Shown: positions 37,381-46,398 of the stretch, piece by piece
Layout: every line of letters begins with the position of its first letter
Numbering within the stretch: position 1 is the first letter of the stretch
Source: an uncultured Desulfobacteraceae bacterium
GTDB lineage: Bacteria > Desulfobacterota > DSM-4660 > Desulfatiglandales > Desulfatiglandaceae
Length of the DNA: 57,856 nucleotides
Assembly: GCA_964508875.1 (NCBI GenBank)
Contig: CAZDVV010000002.1
Span: 1 to 57,856 of the forward strand
Direction of reading: 5' to 3'
Program-made: the position numbers and the translations under genes
Notes under the pieces: model-generated
What the model was told of the DNA's origin: nothing
What the model saw: only the letters and a program-made list of their open reading frames with translations
Database searches by the model: none

Positions 37381-37960
37381 GACGGATAAAGAAAGCTCTG
37401 CTTTATTGATCATTGATATGGTGAAAGACAACTTTGATGAGAGCAAGGGGCTTCCCATAACCCCTCTGGCAAAGGCCATAATTCCTGCAATCAATGCGGC
37501 TATTGCAGGGTTCAGGGAAAAAGGTTGGCCCATAGTTTTTTCAACTGATGCGTTTCACCCTGATGATTTCATCTTTACAGGCAGGATGAAGCCACACTCC
37601 TTGGCAGGTACCAAGGGGGCGGAAGTAATTGACGAACTTGATCGCAAGCCTTCCGACTACTGGCTTCCAAAACCCAGGTTTTCCGCCTTTTTCAAGACTG
37701 GTCTGGAAAGGTGGTTGAGGGATAGAGGCGTGAGCCTCTGTGCTATCTGCGGCATTGCAACTAATTTCTGCGTCCTTACAACGGCAATGGATGCACTTTG
37801 CCATGACTTTAGGACAGTAATCCTGGAGGACTGCTGCGCAGCGTCTTCTCAGGAAATTCATGAGGCCACCCTAAACCTCTACCGCAAAAACCCCCTTTAT
37901 CCGTTGTTTCGAATCATGAAGAGCGAGGACTTCTTTTCTAAAACAGGAACTGAACCGTAA
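37373..37960 (+). CDS. Isochorismatase-family cysteine hydrolase
   Basis: LLIIDM..D, K at KPRFSAF, and GIATNFCV catalytic Cys context. It overlaps the desulfurase gene by 8 nt. Confidence 0.8.
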   Translation: MPKTDKESSALLIIDMVKDNFDESKGLPITPLAKAIIPAINAAIAGFREKGWPIVFSTDAFHPDDFIFTGRMKPHSLAGTKGAEVIDELDRKPSDYWLPKPRFSAFFKTGLERWLRDRGVSLCAICGIATNFCVLTTAMDALCHDFRTVILEDCCAASSQEIHEATLNLYRKNPLYPLFRIMKSEDFFSKTGTEP

Positions 37961-38666
37961 ATCTCTGGTCTGTGTCCTCGTCTACTATCTGTAACCTGAG
38001 ACTCCTTGCCTTTTTTGCCTCTGCGGGGAAGAACAGGAAACCATGGGCAAGGGTACCGGGGCTGATCTCTTTGTTTCGCAAGGATTTCATGCGCAGGTCT
38101 CTGACTATCTCGTGGCGAGCCTCACCAGAGCCATATGCAGAAAGACCACCGCCTGTGGCCCCGGCTGCGGCACCTATCGCTGCCCCTTTGCCAGCAGACT
38201 TAAGCACGTTTTCACCGGTGACAATTCCTATGGCCGCTCCAATAACTGCGCCAGCCGTGCCAGCCAGAAAGCCGCTATATGCACCCTTTTTGAAAATGTG
38301 CTTTGTCTCAGCGTATTTTGAGGCCCTGTCATATGCCAATTTCTTGTCCAATATTGGCCAAAGATTGCCCTGAACGTCTTCCAAAAAGGTCTGCCGCGGA
38401 TTTATGGTAATATGGTCCCGGCCTTGATTATCAAATACCACCTGGACAGGAAGAAGGCCTGCGCCAAGTATATCAAAGCCAAAGGCCTCCTTGGCCTCGA
38501 TGGGATTGTCATAGGCCTTGGCAGCTATCAAGGCCCCTGCCACCTTCCTGGCATTGGGATAGGCTGAAGGGGCCTTAAATGGAAGGGGTTTTGGTGTATA
38601 TGTGGAACAGGAGGTCCAAACAAACAAAGACAACACCAACAAAACGAGTATGCTTGCTTTTTTCAT
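37938..38666 (-). CDS. Lipoprotein with Gly/Ala-rich glycine-zipper-like segment
   Basis: Signal peptide with a lipobox-like WTSC, plus GTAGAVIGAAIGIVTG...AAIGAAAGATGGG. Confidence 0.55.
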   Translation of the reverse strand: MKKASILVLLVLSLFVWTSCSTYTPKPLPFKAPSAYPNARKVAGALIAAKAYDNPIEAKEAFGFDILGAGLLPVQVVFDNQGRDHITINPRQTFLEDVQGNLWPILDKKLAYDRASKYAETKHIFKKGAYSGFLAGTAGAVIGAAIGIVTGENVLKSAGKGAAIGAAAGATGGGLSAYGSGEARHEIVRDLRMKSLRNKEISPGTLAHGFLFFPAEAKKARSLRLQIVDEDTDQRFTVQFLF

Positions 38667-38698
38667 GGCCAGGCTCCTTTTTAATAGGTTGTAAGCTC

Positions 38699-39199
38699 TT
38701 AGATAACTTTCTTAAATTTTCCCTTGACTGCACCGCAAACAGGGCAGTTTTCAGGCGGGTTGTCTTCAGCTATATATCCGCATACCTGACAAACATAATA
38801 GACCGTTTCCCTTTCAGAGAGCATGTCATTCATGGCCTTTTTGTAAAGCTCAGCATGCCTGTCCTCTACATCCATTGACTGGGAAAAGGCCTTCTCCAAG
38901 GGCCTATTTCCTTCTTCAACCGCGTCCTTGATCAGCTTGGGATATTCCTCAGCATTGGCCCTTATTTCATTTTCAAAAGCGGCCTTGAGGTTTTCTTCAG
39001 TTGAACCTATTTTCCCTCGCATTAGCATCAAATAGCGCCGGGCATGGACAGATTCGGCATCTGAAACAGCCCTAAATAGCCTTGCAATCTGGCTGTACCC
39101 TTCGACCTCTGCTTTTTGCGCAAAAGCAGCATTTCTTGCAGCCGCTTTGGATTCGGCGGCAAACGCAACAGCTAGATTTTGCTCGCTCTTTGAAGACAT
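38699..39199 (-). CDS. rbr: Rubrerythrin
   Basis: Ferritin-like diiron E..H motifs and a C-terminal rubredoxin-type CQVCGY...CPVCG. Confidence 0.9.
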   Translation of the reverse strand: MSSKSEQNLAVAFAAESKAAARNAAFAQKAEVEGYSQIARLFRAVSDAESVHARRYLMLMRGKIGSTEENLKAAFENEIRANAEEYPKLIKDAVEEGNRPLEKAFSQSMDVEDRHAELYKKAMNDMLSERETVYYVCQVCGYIAEDNPPENCPVCGAVKGKFKKVI

Positions 39200-39395
39200 A
39201 AGCCATCCCCTTGTGCGGTCTTTTCCTTATCACTAACACTAAGACCTGCTTGAAAGGATTTCAACCTTAATTATTTCTGGGTGCGACTCGACGTTTTTCC
39301 ATACTCTCTTGACGTATGGTGGGCAAGATGTTCTTAACGGATAGAAATCCTAATCTGTGAGGTCCACTACGGATTACACTGGCACCATGAGTCCT

Positions 39396-39436
39396 GAAAA
39401 AAAGCACTTACTGCCATTTGCAGTAAGTGCTTTTTG
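39396..39436 (-). terminator. Rho-independent (bidirectional) terminator downstream of the tRNA pair
   Basis: GCACTTACTGC (39404-39414) pairs with GCAGTAAGTGC (39420-39430), flanked by an A-run and a T-run. Confidence 0.6.
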
Positions 39437-39443
39437 CCTTCCT

Positions 39444-39519
<76 letters not shown>

Positions 39520-39546
39520 AAAGATCTTACAAGATCTCTTATATTA

Positions 39547-39623
39547 TGGCGCGCCTGGCAGGACTCGAACCTGCGGCCTACGGGTTCGAAGCCCGGCGCT
39601 CTATCCAACTGAGCTACAGGCGC
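39547..39623 (-). tRNA. tRNA-Arg (anticodon TCG)
   Basis: The reverse complement GCGCCTGTAGCTCAGTTGGATAGAGCGCCGGGCTTCGAACCCGTAGGCCGCAGGTTCGAGTCCTGCCAGGCGCGCCA folds as a cloverleaf. The anticodon loop is CTTCGAA and CCA is encoded. Confidence 0.9.
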
Positions 39624-39685
39624 TTACTTGCTTAATAAATAGCAATACCATCCCATGATGTCAATAGGTTTTTATGAGAATTTCC

Positions 39686-39714
39686 TTGACATCAGGGCAG
39701 CGTTTACGTAAAAA
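39686..39714 (+). promoter_or_regulatory. Candidate sigma-70 promoter (TTGACA-N17-TAAAAA) for rplM-rpsI
   Basis: The hexamers and their spacing were read directly. It lies about 40 nt upstream of the rplM ATG. Confidence 0.45.
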
Positions 39715-39750
39715 GATTACTTTCGATCTTTTGAGGTGGTGTAAGTAACT

Positions 39751-40179
39751 ATGAAGACATTTGTAGCAAAAGAATCCGAAGTTGACAAGAAGTGGTATCT
39801 GGTTGATGCAAAAGGCAAGATCCTTGGCAGACTTGCTACCCAAATCGCTATGCGCCTTCGGGGCAAGCACAAGCCCATATTTACCCCCCACGCTGATACG
39901 GGCGATTTCATTGTGGTGGTTAATGCGGACAAGATTGTGCTTACCGGCAAGAAGTGGGACAATAAATTTTACTACCGCCACAGCGGCTATATGGGAGGGC
40001 TGAAAAAGCGATCTGCCAAGAAACTGCTGGAGACAAAGCCAGAGGAAATTATACGGCATGCAGTTAGAGGGATGCTTCCCAAGAATAGTTTGGGCCGCAG
40101 ACAACTGAAAAAGCTCAAGATATATGCTGGCCCGGACCATCCGCACGAGGCACAAAAACCACAGGAGTTGGAGATATAA
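39751..40179 (+). CDS. rplM: 50S ribosomal protein L13
   Basis: Canonical L13 sequence (KWYLVDA.GK.LGRLA..IA..LRGKHKP.FTPH.D.GD). Confidence 0.95.
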   Translation: MKTFVAKESEVDKKWYLVDAKGKILGRLATQIAMRLRGKHKPIFTPHADTGDFIVVVNADKIVLTGKKWDNKFYYRHSGYMGGLKKRSAKKLLETKPEEIIRHAVRGMLPKNSLGRRQLKKLKIYAGPDHPHEAQKPQELEI

Positions 40180-40572
40180 ATGGCTCAACAGCTTATTCAT
40201 GCAGTAGGAAAAAGAAAGACAGCAATTGCCCGTATCTGGATGAAACCAGGTACCGGCAAGATTACTGTCAACAATAGGCCTATGGAAGAGTACTTGACCC
40301 GCGAGACTGACCGGGTGATGGTCCTTGAACCACTTAAGATAACTGAGAAAGAGGGGCAGTTTGATATCAAGGTAAATGTCCGGGGTGGTGGAATATCGGG
40401 ACAGGCAGGAGCCATCCGACATGGAATAAGTCGTGCGCTTGTAACTGTGGATCCCGAATTGCGAGAGCCCTTGAAAAGGGGAGGATTTCTCACCAGGGAT
40501 CCCAGAATGAAAGAAAGGAAAAAGTACGGTCAGCGAGGCGCACGAGCACGGTTCCAGTACTCCAAGCGTTAG
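40180..40572 (+). CDS. rpsI: 30S ribosomal protein S9
   Basis: Canonical S9 sequence with the C-terminal RMKERKKYG...ARARFQYSKR. Confidence 0.95.
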   Translation: MAQQLIHAVGKRKTAIARIWMKPGTGKITVNNRPMEEYLTRETDRVMVLEPLKITEKEGQFDIKVNVRGGGISGQAGAIRHGISRALVTVDPELREPLKRGGFLTRDPRMKERKKYGQRGARARFQYSKR

Positions 40573-40642
40573 ACCAGGCCTTCGCGTTTGGTGCACGTGT
40601 TTTTTGAAATCGGTACAAACTTCTTTGTTTTTTTAGTTTTTT

Positions 40643-40669
40643 AAGAGCCCTATTCAGGGCTCTTTTTTT
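40643..40669 (+). terminator. Rho-independent terminator after rpsI
   Basis: AAGAGCCC-tattca-GGGCTCTT followed by a T-run. Confidence 0.7.
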
Positions 40670-40697
40670 GCCTGAACTGTGCGGGAAGTGAGGAGGA

Positions 40698-41444
40698 ATG
40701 ACCCACCGAAACCTTAAACTTGTGGTGGCCTATGAAGGCACTAGGTATCACGGGTGGCAGAGACAGGTGGGTCAAATAACCATACAAGAAGTCCTTGAAC
40801 AAGCAGTTGCCAGGATTGTCTCCCACAGGGTGAAAATCATCGGGGCCGGCAGAACCGATTCAGGGGTTCACGCGCTGGGGCAAGTCTGCAATTTTCGCAC
40901 CCACTCCTCCATACCCCTAGATGGATTAAAAACGGGCCTGAACTCGCTTCTCCCCGATGACATTCGTGTGTTGAGTATTGAGGAGGTACCCCAGAGTTTT
41001 CACTCCCGCTACAGCGCAAGACGAAAGATCTATGTGTATAGAATACTAAACTCTGAAGAACCCGATATCTTCGCTAGAAGGTATGAATGGCACATTGCTG
41101 TACCTCTTGATCTCTCTGTAATCAGTGAGTGCCTTTCTATGCTGTTGGGCAAGCATGATTTTTCTGCGTTTAGATCCTCTGGAAGCTCCAATCGGAATCC
41201 AGTGCGCACCATGTTTAGGGCGGATTTGGCTCGTGGTACAAATCCCTCCAGACTGATCCTTCTCTTTGAGGCTGATGGCTTTTTGCGCCACATGGTCCGC
41301 AATATTGTGGGTACAGTGGTGGCAGCAGGGATGGGGAAGTTCAGTGTGGAGGACTTCCGGGAGATAATAGAGTCAAGGGATAGAACCAGAGCAGGCAAGA
41401 AGGCGCCTGCCCCGGGTCTTTTTCTTGTGAGGGTTATCTACTAG
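40698..41444 (+). CDS. truA: tRNA pseudouridine(38-40) synthase TruA
   Basis: YEGT.YHGWQ.Q and GAGRTDSGVHA with the catalytic Asp context. Confidence 0.9.
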   Translation: MTHRNLKLVVAYEGTRYHGWQRQVGQITIQEVLEQAVARIVSHRVKIIGAGRTDSGVHALGQVCNFRTHSSIPLDGLKTGLNSLLPDDIRVLSIEEVPQSFHSRYSARRKIYVYRILNSEEPDIFARRYEWHIAVPLDLSVISECLSMLLGKHDFSAFRSSGSSNRNPVRTMFRADLARGTNPSRLILLFEADGFLRHMVRNIVGTVVAAGMGKFSVEDFREIIESRDRTRAGKKAPAPGLFLVRVIY

Positions 41445-41450
41445 CAACGA

Positions 41451-41609
41451 TCATTGTTCATCGGTCTGGTTTTTGAGTGAGCCTCTCACAGTCTCAAAGA
41501 CCTGATTCCATGCCTCATCAAAGGAACTGATGGATAATCTGCCAACCTCAATGAATTTTATGACGATCTCTTTTGTTGCCTTCAATGCAAGCTCATCCTC
41601 TTTTTTCAT
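41451..41609 (-). CDS. Small ORF (52 aa) not in the supplied ORF track: MKKEDELALKATKEIVIKFIEVGRLSISSFDEAWNQVFETVRGSLKNQTDEQ
   Basis: Translated by hand. GGAG sits about 9 nt upstream of the ATG at 41607-41609 (minus strand) and the TGA is at 41451-41453. It fills an otherwise empty 410-nt gap. Confidence 0.4.
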   Translation of the reverse strand: MKKEDELALKATKEIVIKFIEVGRLSISSFDEAWNQVFETVRGSLKNQTDEQ

Positions 41610-41742
41610 AAAATCTATCTCCAAAAAGCATGCTTAATAAGGTGTGTAAAAGGTCTTTCCCTGGCCTACTCTTTGCTCCTCTCACTAAATTTGCCTCTAT
41701 CCGTTTGCCTTATGCCTCAGGCCTTGAGCCTGTATAATATTT

Positions 41743-41787
41743 GCGCCCGCTGAAAGGAAGAAGGCCGAAACTTTTTCAGCGGGGCGC
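41743..41787 (-). other. Strong hairpin downstream of the radical SAM gene (13-bp stem with 1-nt bulge, no U-tract)
   Basis: GCGCCCGCTGAAA (41743-41755) pairs with TTTCAGCGGGGCGC (41774-41787). Confidence 0.4.
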
Positions 41788-41855
41788 CGGCAAGGAAAAA
41801 CCCTGCGAAAGCCCTCCCTTGCCATAATGCAAATTAGCAAGAGGTGATTGCGAAA

Positions 41856-42872
41856 TCAACGGGTTTCCCAAACCCCTGGTATCAATTCGCCACAGGATGG
41901 GCAGGCATTGTTGTCAATCTTGTTGTTTCTCACATAAAAGCCAAATCGATCTATCAGGGGTGCGCCGCAATTGTGGCATTTGGTGTGTTCCCCTTCGTCT
42001 CCTGGCAGGTTTCCTGTGTATACATACCTGAGACCTGTTTCATAGCCTATTTCTCGGGCCATCCTTACAGTGCGCGGTGGGGTAGGAGGCGCGTCAGTAA
42101 GTCTATAGGTGGGATGAAAGCGGCTTACGTGCCAAGGTATGCCAGGGTCCAGTTCCACTAAAAACTTTGCGATATCCCTAAGCTCTTCAGGAGAGTCATT
42201 CTTACCTGGTATGATCAAAGTTGTTACCTCCACCCAAATCCCTTGGCTCTTCATGGTGGAAATGGTGTCAAGGACAGGCCGCAGTCTTGCCTTACACATC
42301 TCCTTATAGAACTTGTCCGAAAAGGCCTTGAGATCCACATTAGCAGCATGGAGGTGCGGATGGATTTCTTCTAAGCATTCTTTTGTCATGTATCCATTGG
42401 TTACAAAGACATTCTTGATCCCTCTAGAGGATGCGATTTCTGCAGTATCCTTTGCTAGTTCAAAATATATGGTAGGCTCTGTGTATGTATAGGCAATTGT
42501 GGCGCATCCTGATCTTTCTGCATCAGCTACAATATCTCGCGGTGTGATGTTTTCCCCCATTATTCTGTTTAGATCAGAGGGCATCTGGGAGATATCGGCA
42601 TTTTGGCAAAATTGGCAATGAAAATTACATCCGACAGTTGCTATGGAGTAGGACAGGGTCCCTGGTAAGAAATGGAACAGGGGCTTTTTTTCGATTGGAT
42701 CCACATGCCTGGCTATCACCTTGTCATAGACCAAGGTGTAAAGTTTGCCCTCCACGTTTTGCCTCACTGCGCAGATACCTTTTGCCCCCGGCTTTATGAT
42801 GCATCGGTGGGCGCAAAGCCCACAGCGTACCCGCTCATTTTCCATTGATTCGTACAAATAGGCCTCTTTCAT
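41856..42872 (-). CDS. amrS: AmmeMemoRadiSam system-type radical SAM enzyme (PflA-like)
   Basis: N-terminal CGLCAHRC...GICAVR auxiliary motif, the CNFHCQFCQN radical SAM motif, HVDPIEKKPLFHFLPG, and a C-terminal CHNCG...CPSCG zinc ribbon. Confidence 0.75.
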   Translation of the reverse strand: MKEAYLYESMENERVRCGLCAHRCIIKPGAKGICAVRQNVEGKLYTLVYDKVIARHVDPIEKKPLFHFLPGTLSYSIATVGCNFHCQFCQNADISQMPSDLNRIMGENITPRDIVADAERSGCATIAYTYTEPTIYFELAKDTAEIASSRGIKNVFVTNGYMTKECLEEIHPHLHAANVDLKAFSDKFYKEMCKARLRPVLDTISTMKSQGIWVEVTTLIIPGKNDSPEELRDIAKFLVELDPGIPWHVSRFHPTYRLTDAPPTPPRTVRMAREIGYETGLRYVYTGNLPGDEGEHTKCHNCGAPLIDRFGFYVRNNKIDNNACPSCGELIPGVWETR

Positions 42873-42903
42873 AATGTAAGCTCCTCATTTACATTCAATT
42901 GAA

Positions 42904-43671
42904 TCACGCAGAACTGCCTACCCTGGTATGGGTAACTGACTGACCCATATCCTCCAGATTTACTTTCAAGGGCAGGGTGTGTGCCCTTACGGTATAGAGC
43001 ATCGTGGCACTCATACCTATAAAGGTACCGAATGGAGCTCCCGACAGTGTGCACCAGTTTTCAGATAAAAGCCCTATCCTTTCCAAAAACTCTGGATATA
43101 GAAGTATACACTTCCACATCACGGGGACCTTTCCATAGGCCGCTTTCACTAAGGCCTTAAGGTCCCACAGACTAAAAAAACGTGCATTTCTAAACATGGA
43201 GTTGCCAAACAGACCTTGTATCCTATTACTGAGCCCACTCCAGGAAAAGCCATTGAAAACCCCAATAAATACTTGGCGTGATGCCACACGCCCTGCTTCC
43301 TTTAGCACCTGGAGCGGGTCTCTCACAAACTCCAGTGTGTTGATCATGAATACCATATCAAACTCATTGTCTTCGAAAGGAAGATCCTCCGCCTCGCAGG
43401 TTCTGAGAATACAATGACGTCCAAGTCTGCTCCTTGCCTGTTCAACCATGAATGGAGAGGCATCTACCCCGCTCACATCCAATCCCATCTTGCTCAACAA
43501 AAGCAGGTGATTTCCGGCCCCGCAGCCAATGTCCAATACCCTGAGACCAGGCCGAAGGTCCATCACGGAGACAATAAGGGATTCAAGTGAAGATTCTACG
43601 GCTCTTCCCTGTCGGCTCTTGCACCACCTGGAGTAACATTCATGCAATTCTCTTGTAAATGTTGTCCCCAT
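42904..43671 (-). CDS. Class I SAM-dependent methyltransferase (Methyltransf_11-like)
   Basis: VLDIGCGAGN motif I and a D..F.N acidic-loop pattern. Confidence 0.8.
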   Translation of the reverse strand: MGTTFTRELHECYSRWCKSRQGRAVESSLESLIVSVMDLRPGLRVLDIGCGAGNHLLLLSKMGLDVSGVDASPFMVEQARSRLGRHCILRTCEAEDLPFEDNEFDMVFMINTLEFVRDPLQVLKEAGRVASRQVFIGVFNGFSWSGLSNRIQGLFGNSMFRNARFFSLWDLKALVKAAYGKVPVMWKCILLYPEFLERIGLLSENWCTLSGAPFGTFIGMSATMLYTVRAHTLPLKVNLEDMGQSVTHTRVGSSA

Positions 43672-43851
43672 AATCTCCAGTGTGATACTTCAGGAAAGGA
43701 AAATGAAATGTATGGATGGTTAATAACTTATTAATTATTTCATACATTAAGAAAAGTGGGGGCAGTAGGCAAGAAAAAAGGTTAGAAACCGCCTCAGACA
43801 GTTCCTTTGGCAGAACCAGAGATTAGCAGTAACCTTTGCATTTGGATTTAG

Positions 43852-45354
43852 TTAGATATCTTTCAAGTCGTATTTGGAAATCATCCGAGATAGATACGTC
43901 CTCTGTATCCCCATTATTTTGGCCGCCTCGGTTCGGTTTCCACTAGTGTGCCGTAGGTTTTGAATGATAAAATCCTTCTTAAAGGCATCCACAGCCTCTT
44001 TTAACGTCATTCCAACGGTGATTCCTTGCTGCGGCCTACGGGGAGAAAAGATGGGAAGGTCTTCTGGCAGGATCTCTTTGCCATTACCCATGACCACCGC
44101 CCGCTCCATGGCGTTTCGCAATTCCCTGATATTACCGGGCCAATCATATCTCAACATTTTCTCCATTGCAGCCCGGGATATCTTGAGATCTGGGAGCCCC
44201 TTTTCTTGCTGAAATAGTTTCAGGAAATGGTCGGCCAACAGGGGGATGTCCTCCTTCCTCTCCCTCAACGAAGGCATGTGAATCTGAACCACATTTAGCC
44301 GGTAGTAGAGATCCTCCCTGAACCTTCCTTCCTCTACCTCCTTGGCAATGTCCCTGTTGGTTGCAGATATCACTCGTACGTCCACTGAAATTGGAGTGTT
44401 TCCGCCAACCCTATAGAACACACCTTCTTGCAAGACGCGCAAGAGCTTGGCCTGCATTCCTGGGCTCATCTCGCCAATTTCGTCAAGAAAAATGGTCCCA
44501 CCGTCTGCAAGTTCAAATTTGCCTATCTTGCGGGATGTCGCTCCGGTAAAGGACCCTTTTTCGTATCCAAAAAGCTCAGCCTCTAGCAGAGTGTCGGGCA
44601 GTGCAGCGCAGTTGATAATAACCAGGGGTTCTTCCTTACGAGCACCTGCCTTGTGAATGAGCCTGGCCAGTAACTCCTTTCCCGTACCACTTTCTCCGAG
44701 GATCATGGTGCTGGTTTTTGAGTTGGCCACTTTGAAGGCATCGGATATTACCTTTTTAAGGGCGTGGCTTTCTCCAATAATTTGGTACTTTTGGCTGAGC
44801 TCTTCTCTTAGACTTTGGTTCTCTCTTCGAACTTTGTCGATTTTTTGGGCACTGCTTATGGCCTGGGAGGCAAGATCTGCAAATACCGTCAGCAGCCTCA
44901 TATCCTGGGGTTGAATAGGGCTGCCGTCTTCCTTGTCAATGATCTCAACAACACCTATGATGTCCCCATTCATAGTCATGGGGACGCAGGCAATGGATTT
45001 TGTCTCAAAACCTGTGGATTCGCTGATTTTCTTGTACCATCGAGGGTCTTTGGTGACATCTTGGATAAGCAGTGGTTCTCCCTTTTCTGCAACGTATCCG
45101 GCTATTCCCTGGCCCAGGTTTATTTCATATTTACGAACTTCCTCTCGTTTTTCACCCGTGGCAACCTTGAAATATAACTTCTTCGTCTTTTTGTCCAAAA
45201 GAAGCAGGGAACTGGCCTTGGCCTGCATCATTATGGTGGCCTTTTCAATGATGAGTTCAAGAAGTTGATCCAGGTCCAAGACCGATGAGACCCAGGAAGA
45301 GATTTCCTTTAGCCTCTCTATGGATGATGTGTTGTTATGGTTTTGTTTTCCCAT
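43852..45354 (-). CDS. Sigma-54-dependent transcriptional activator with N-terminal GAF domain (Fis-type HTH)
   Basis: GAF-like N-terminus, AAA+ GESGTGKE, the GAFTGA-type loop (GSFTGA), ELFGYEKG, and a C-terminal Fis-type HTH. Confidence 0.9.
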   Translation of the reverse strand: MGKQNHNNTSSIERLKEISSWVSSVLDLDQLLELIIEKATIMMQAKASSLLLLDKKTKKLYFKVATGEKREEVRKYEINLGQGIAGYVAEKGEPLLIQDVTKDPRWYKKISESTGFETKSIACVPMTMNGDIIGVVEIIDKEDGSPIQPQDMRLLTVFADLASQAISSAQKIDKVRRENQSLREELSQKYQIIGESHALKKVISDAFKVANSKTSTMILGESGTGKELLARLIHKAGARKEEPLVIINCAALPDTLLEAELFGYEKGSFTGATSRKIGKFELADGGTIFLDEIGEMSPGMQAKLLRVLQEGVFYRVGGNTPISVDVRVISATNRDIAKEVEEGRFREDLYYRLNVVQIHMPSLRERKEDIPLLADHFLKLFQQEKGLPDLKISRAAMEKMLRYDWPGNIRELRNAMERAVVMGNGKEILPEDLPIFSPRRPQQGITVGMTLKEAVDAFKKDFIIQNLRHTSGNRTEAAKIMGIQRTYLSRMISKYDLKDI

Positions 45355-45471
45355 GAAATTTCGCAAGGTCCCCCCGCCTTAACGCATCATTATAGGTCAA
45401 TACTATTTGTGGAAAACGATGTATACTTTTCTATCGGCAGGTGGATACTAAAGGTTTAAATGTATGTAATT

Positions 45472-46266
45472 TTATAAATCAGTGGATGGGGGCCGTAACC
45501 CTGTTTTCTTGGCAATTTTGTTGAGTGAGTCCTGGTGTTCCTTTGTCTCGGTGAGCAGTGCCAGTTGAGAAGACATATAATCTAAATGCCCCTTGAGGTC
45601 AGATTTCAGGCCATCATAGAGGGCCCTTTTGGTGGCGGTAAGAGAAGGAAGGGGCCATTGGGCTATTTCAGTGGCCAGTTTGTGTGTTTTTTGATCAAGT
45701 TCCTTATTGGGAACAACCATGTTTACAATGCCCATGTCGCAGGCCTCTATGGCGCTCAATACTTTTCCAGTCAACAGTACCTCCAGGGCCTTGCTGACAC
45801 CAATGAGCCGGGGAAGAAAATAGCCGCCTCCACCTCCGGGAGCAAGCCCTATCCGTACCACCGTAGAGCAGAATGTGGCCCTTTCAGAGGCCATGCGCAG
45901 ATCACAGGCAAGAGCAAGGTCAAAACCTCCGCCAAAAGCAGGGCCGTCAATGGAGGCAATAATAGGCTTGTCTATGTGCTCCAGCAGCAAAGGGATACGT
46001 TGTACCTTGTTGGCCAGGTATGTCTTCATGCCCATTGATCTAAGCTTGCCTGAGAGCATGTCCTTAATATCGGCCCCCGCACAAAAGGCTTCGCCTTTTC
46101 CCCTTATGATGATAACCTTTACCTGAGAGTCGTGTTGAGCATCTTGAAGGGCATGATAAAGGCCATCTAGCATTTCAGTAGTAAATGTATTTCTCATCTC
46201 TGGTCGGTTTAGCGATAAATACGCAAGAGGGGCTTTCTTTTCGTATATGAGGTCTTTTTGGTCCAT
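45472..46266 (-). CDS. Enoyl-CoA hydratase/isomerase (crotonase) family protein
   Basis: FCAGADI oxyanion region and G.A.GGG. Confidence 0.85.
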   Translation of the reverse strand: MDQKDLIYEKKAPLAYLSLNRPEMRNTFTTEMLDGLYHALQDAQHDSQVKVIIIRGKGEAFCAGADIKDMLSGKLRSMGMKTYLANKVQRIPLLLEHIDKPIIASIDGPAFGGGFDLALACDLRMASERATFCSTVVRIGLAPGGGGGYFLPRLIGVSKALEVLLTGKVLSAIEACDMGIVNMVVPNKELDQKTHKLATEIAQWPLPSLTATKRALYDGLKSDLKGHLDYMSSQLALLTETKEHQDSLNKIAKKTGLRPPSTDL

Positions 46267-46398
46267 GAGATAATCTCCTAAGATACAAAGTCTTGGCTGC
46301 GATACTATAGGAAGGTTAGATGTTTGTAAATATGGTTATGTCAGCGGGCAGAGCAGTGAAGCGGGAGCCTGTAGACTTGAGTGATCTTGAAGGGCACA

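Noticed and set aside
39661-40596. 311-aa minus-strand ORF spanning the rplM-rpsI locus
   Set aside because: It is entirely antisense to two unmistakable ribosomal protein genes. Its composition is odd and I see no RBS, so it is a shadow ORF.
41451-42872. The 52-aa ORF as a RiPP precursor for the adjacent radical SAM enzyme
   Set aside because: The radical SAM enzyme is of the PflA-like AmmeMemoRadiSam type, not a SPASM/RiPP maturase. The peptide has no Cys or other typical core-peptide features, and a strong hairpin plus a probable separate promoter lies between the two genes.
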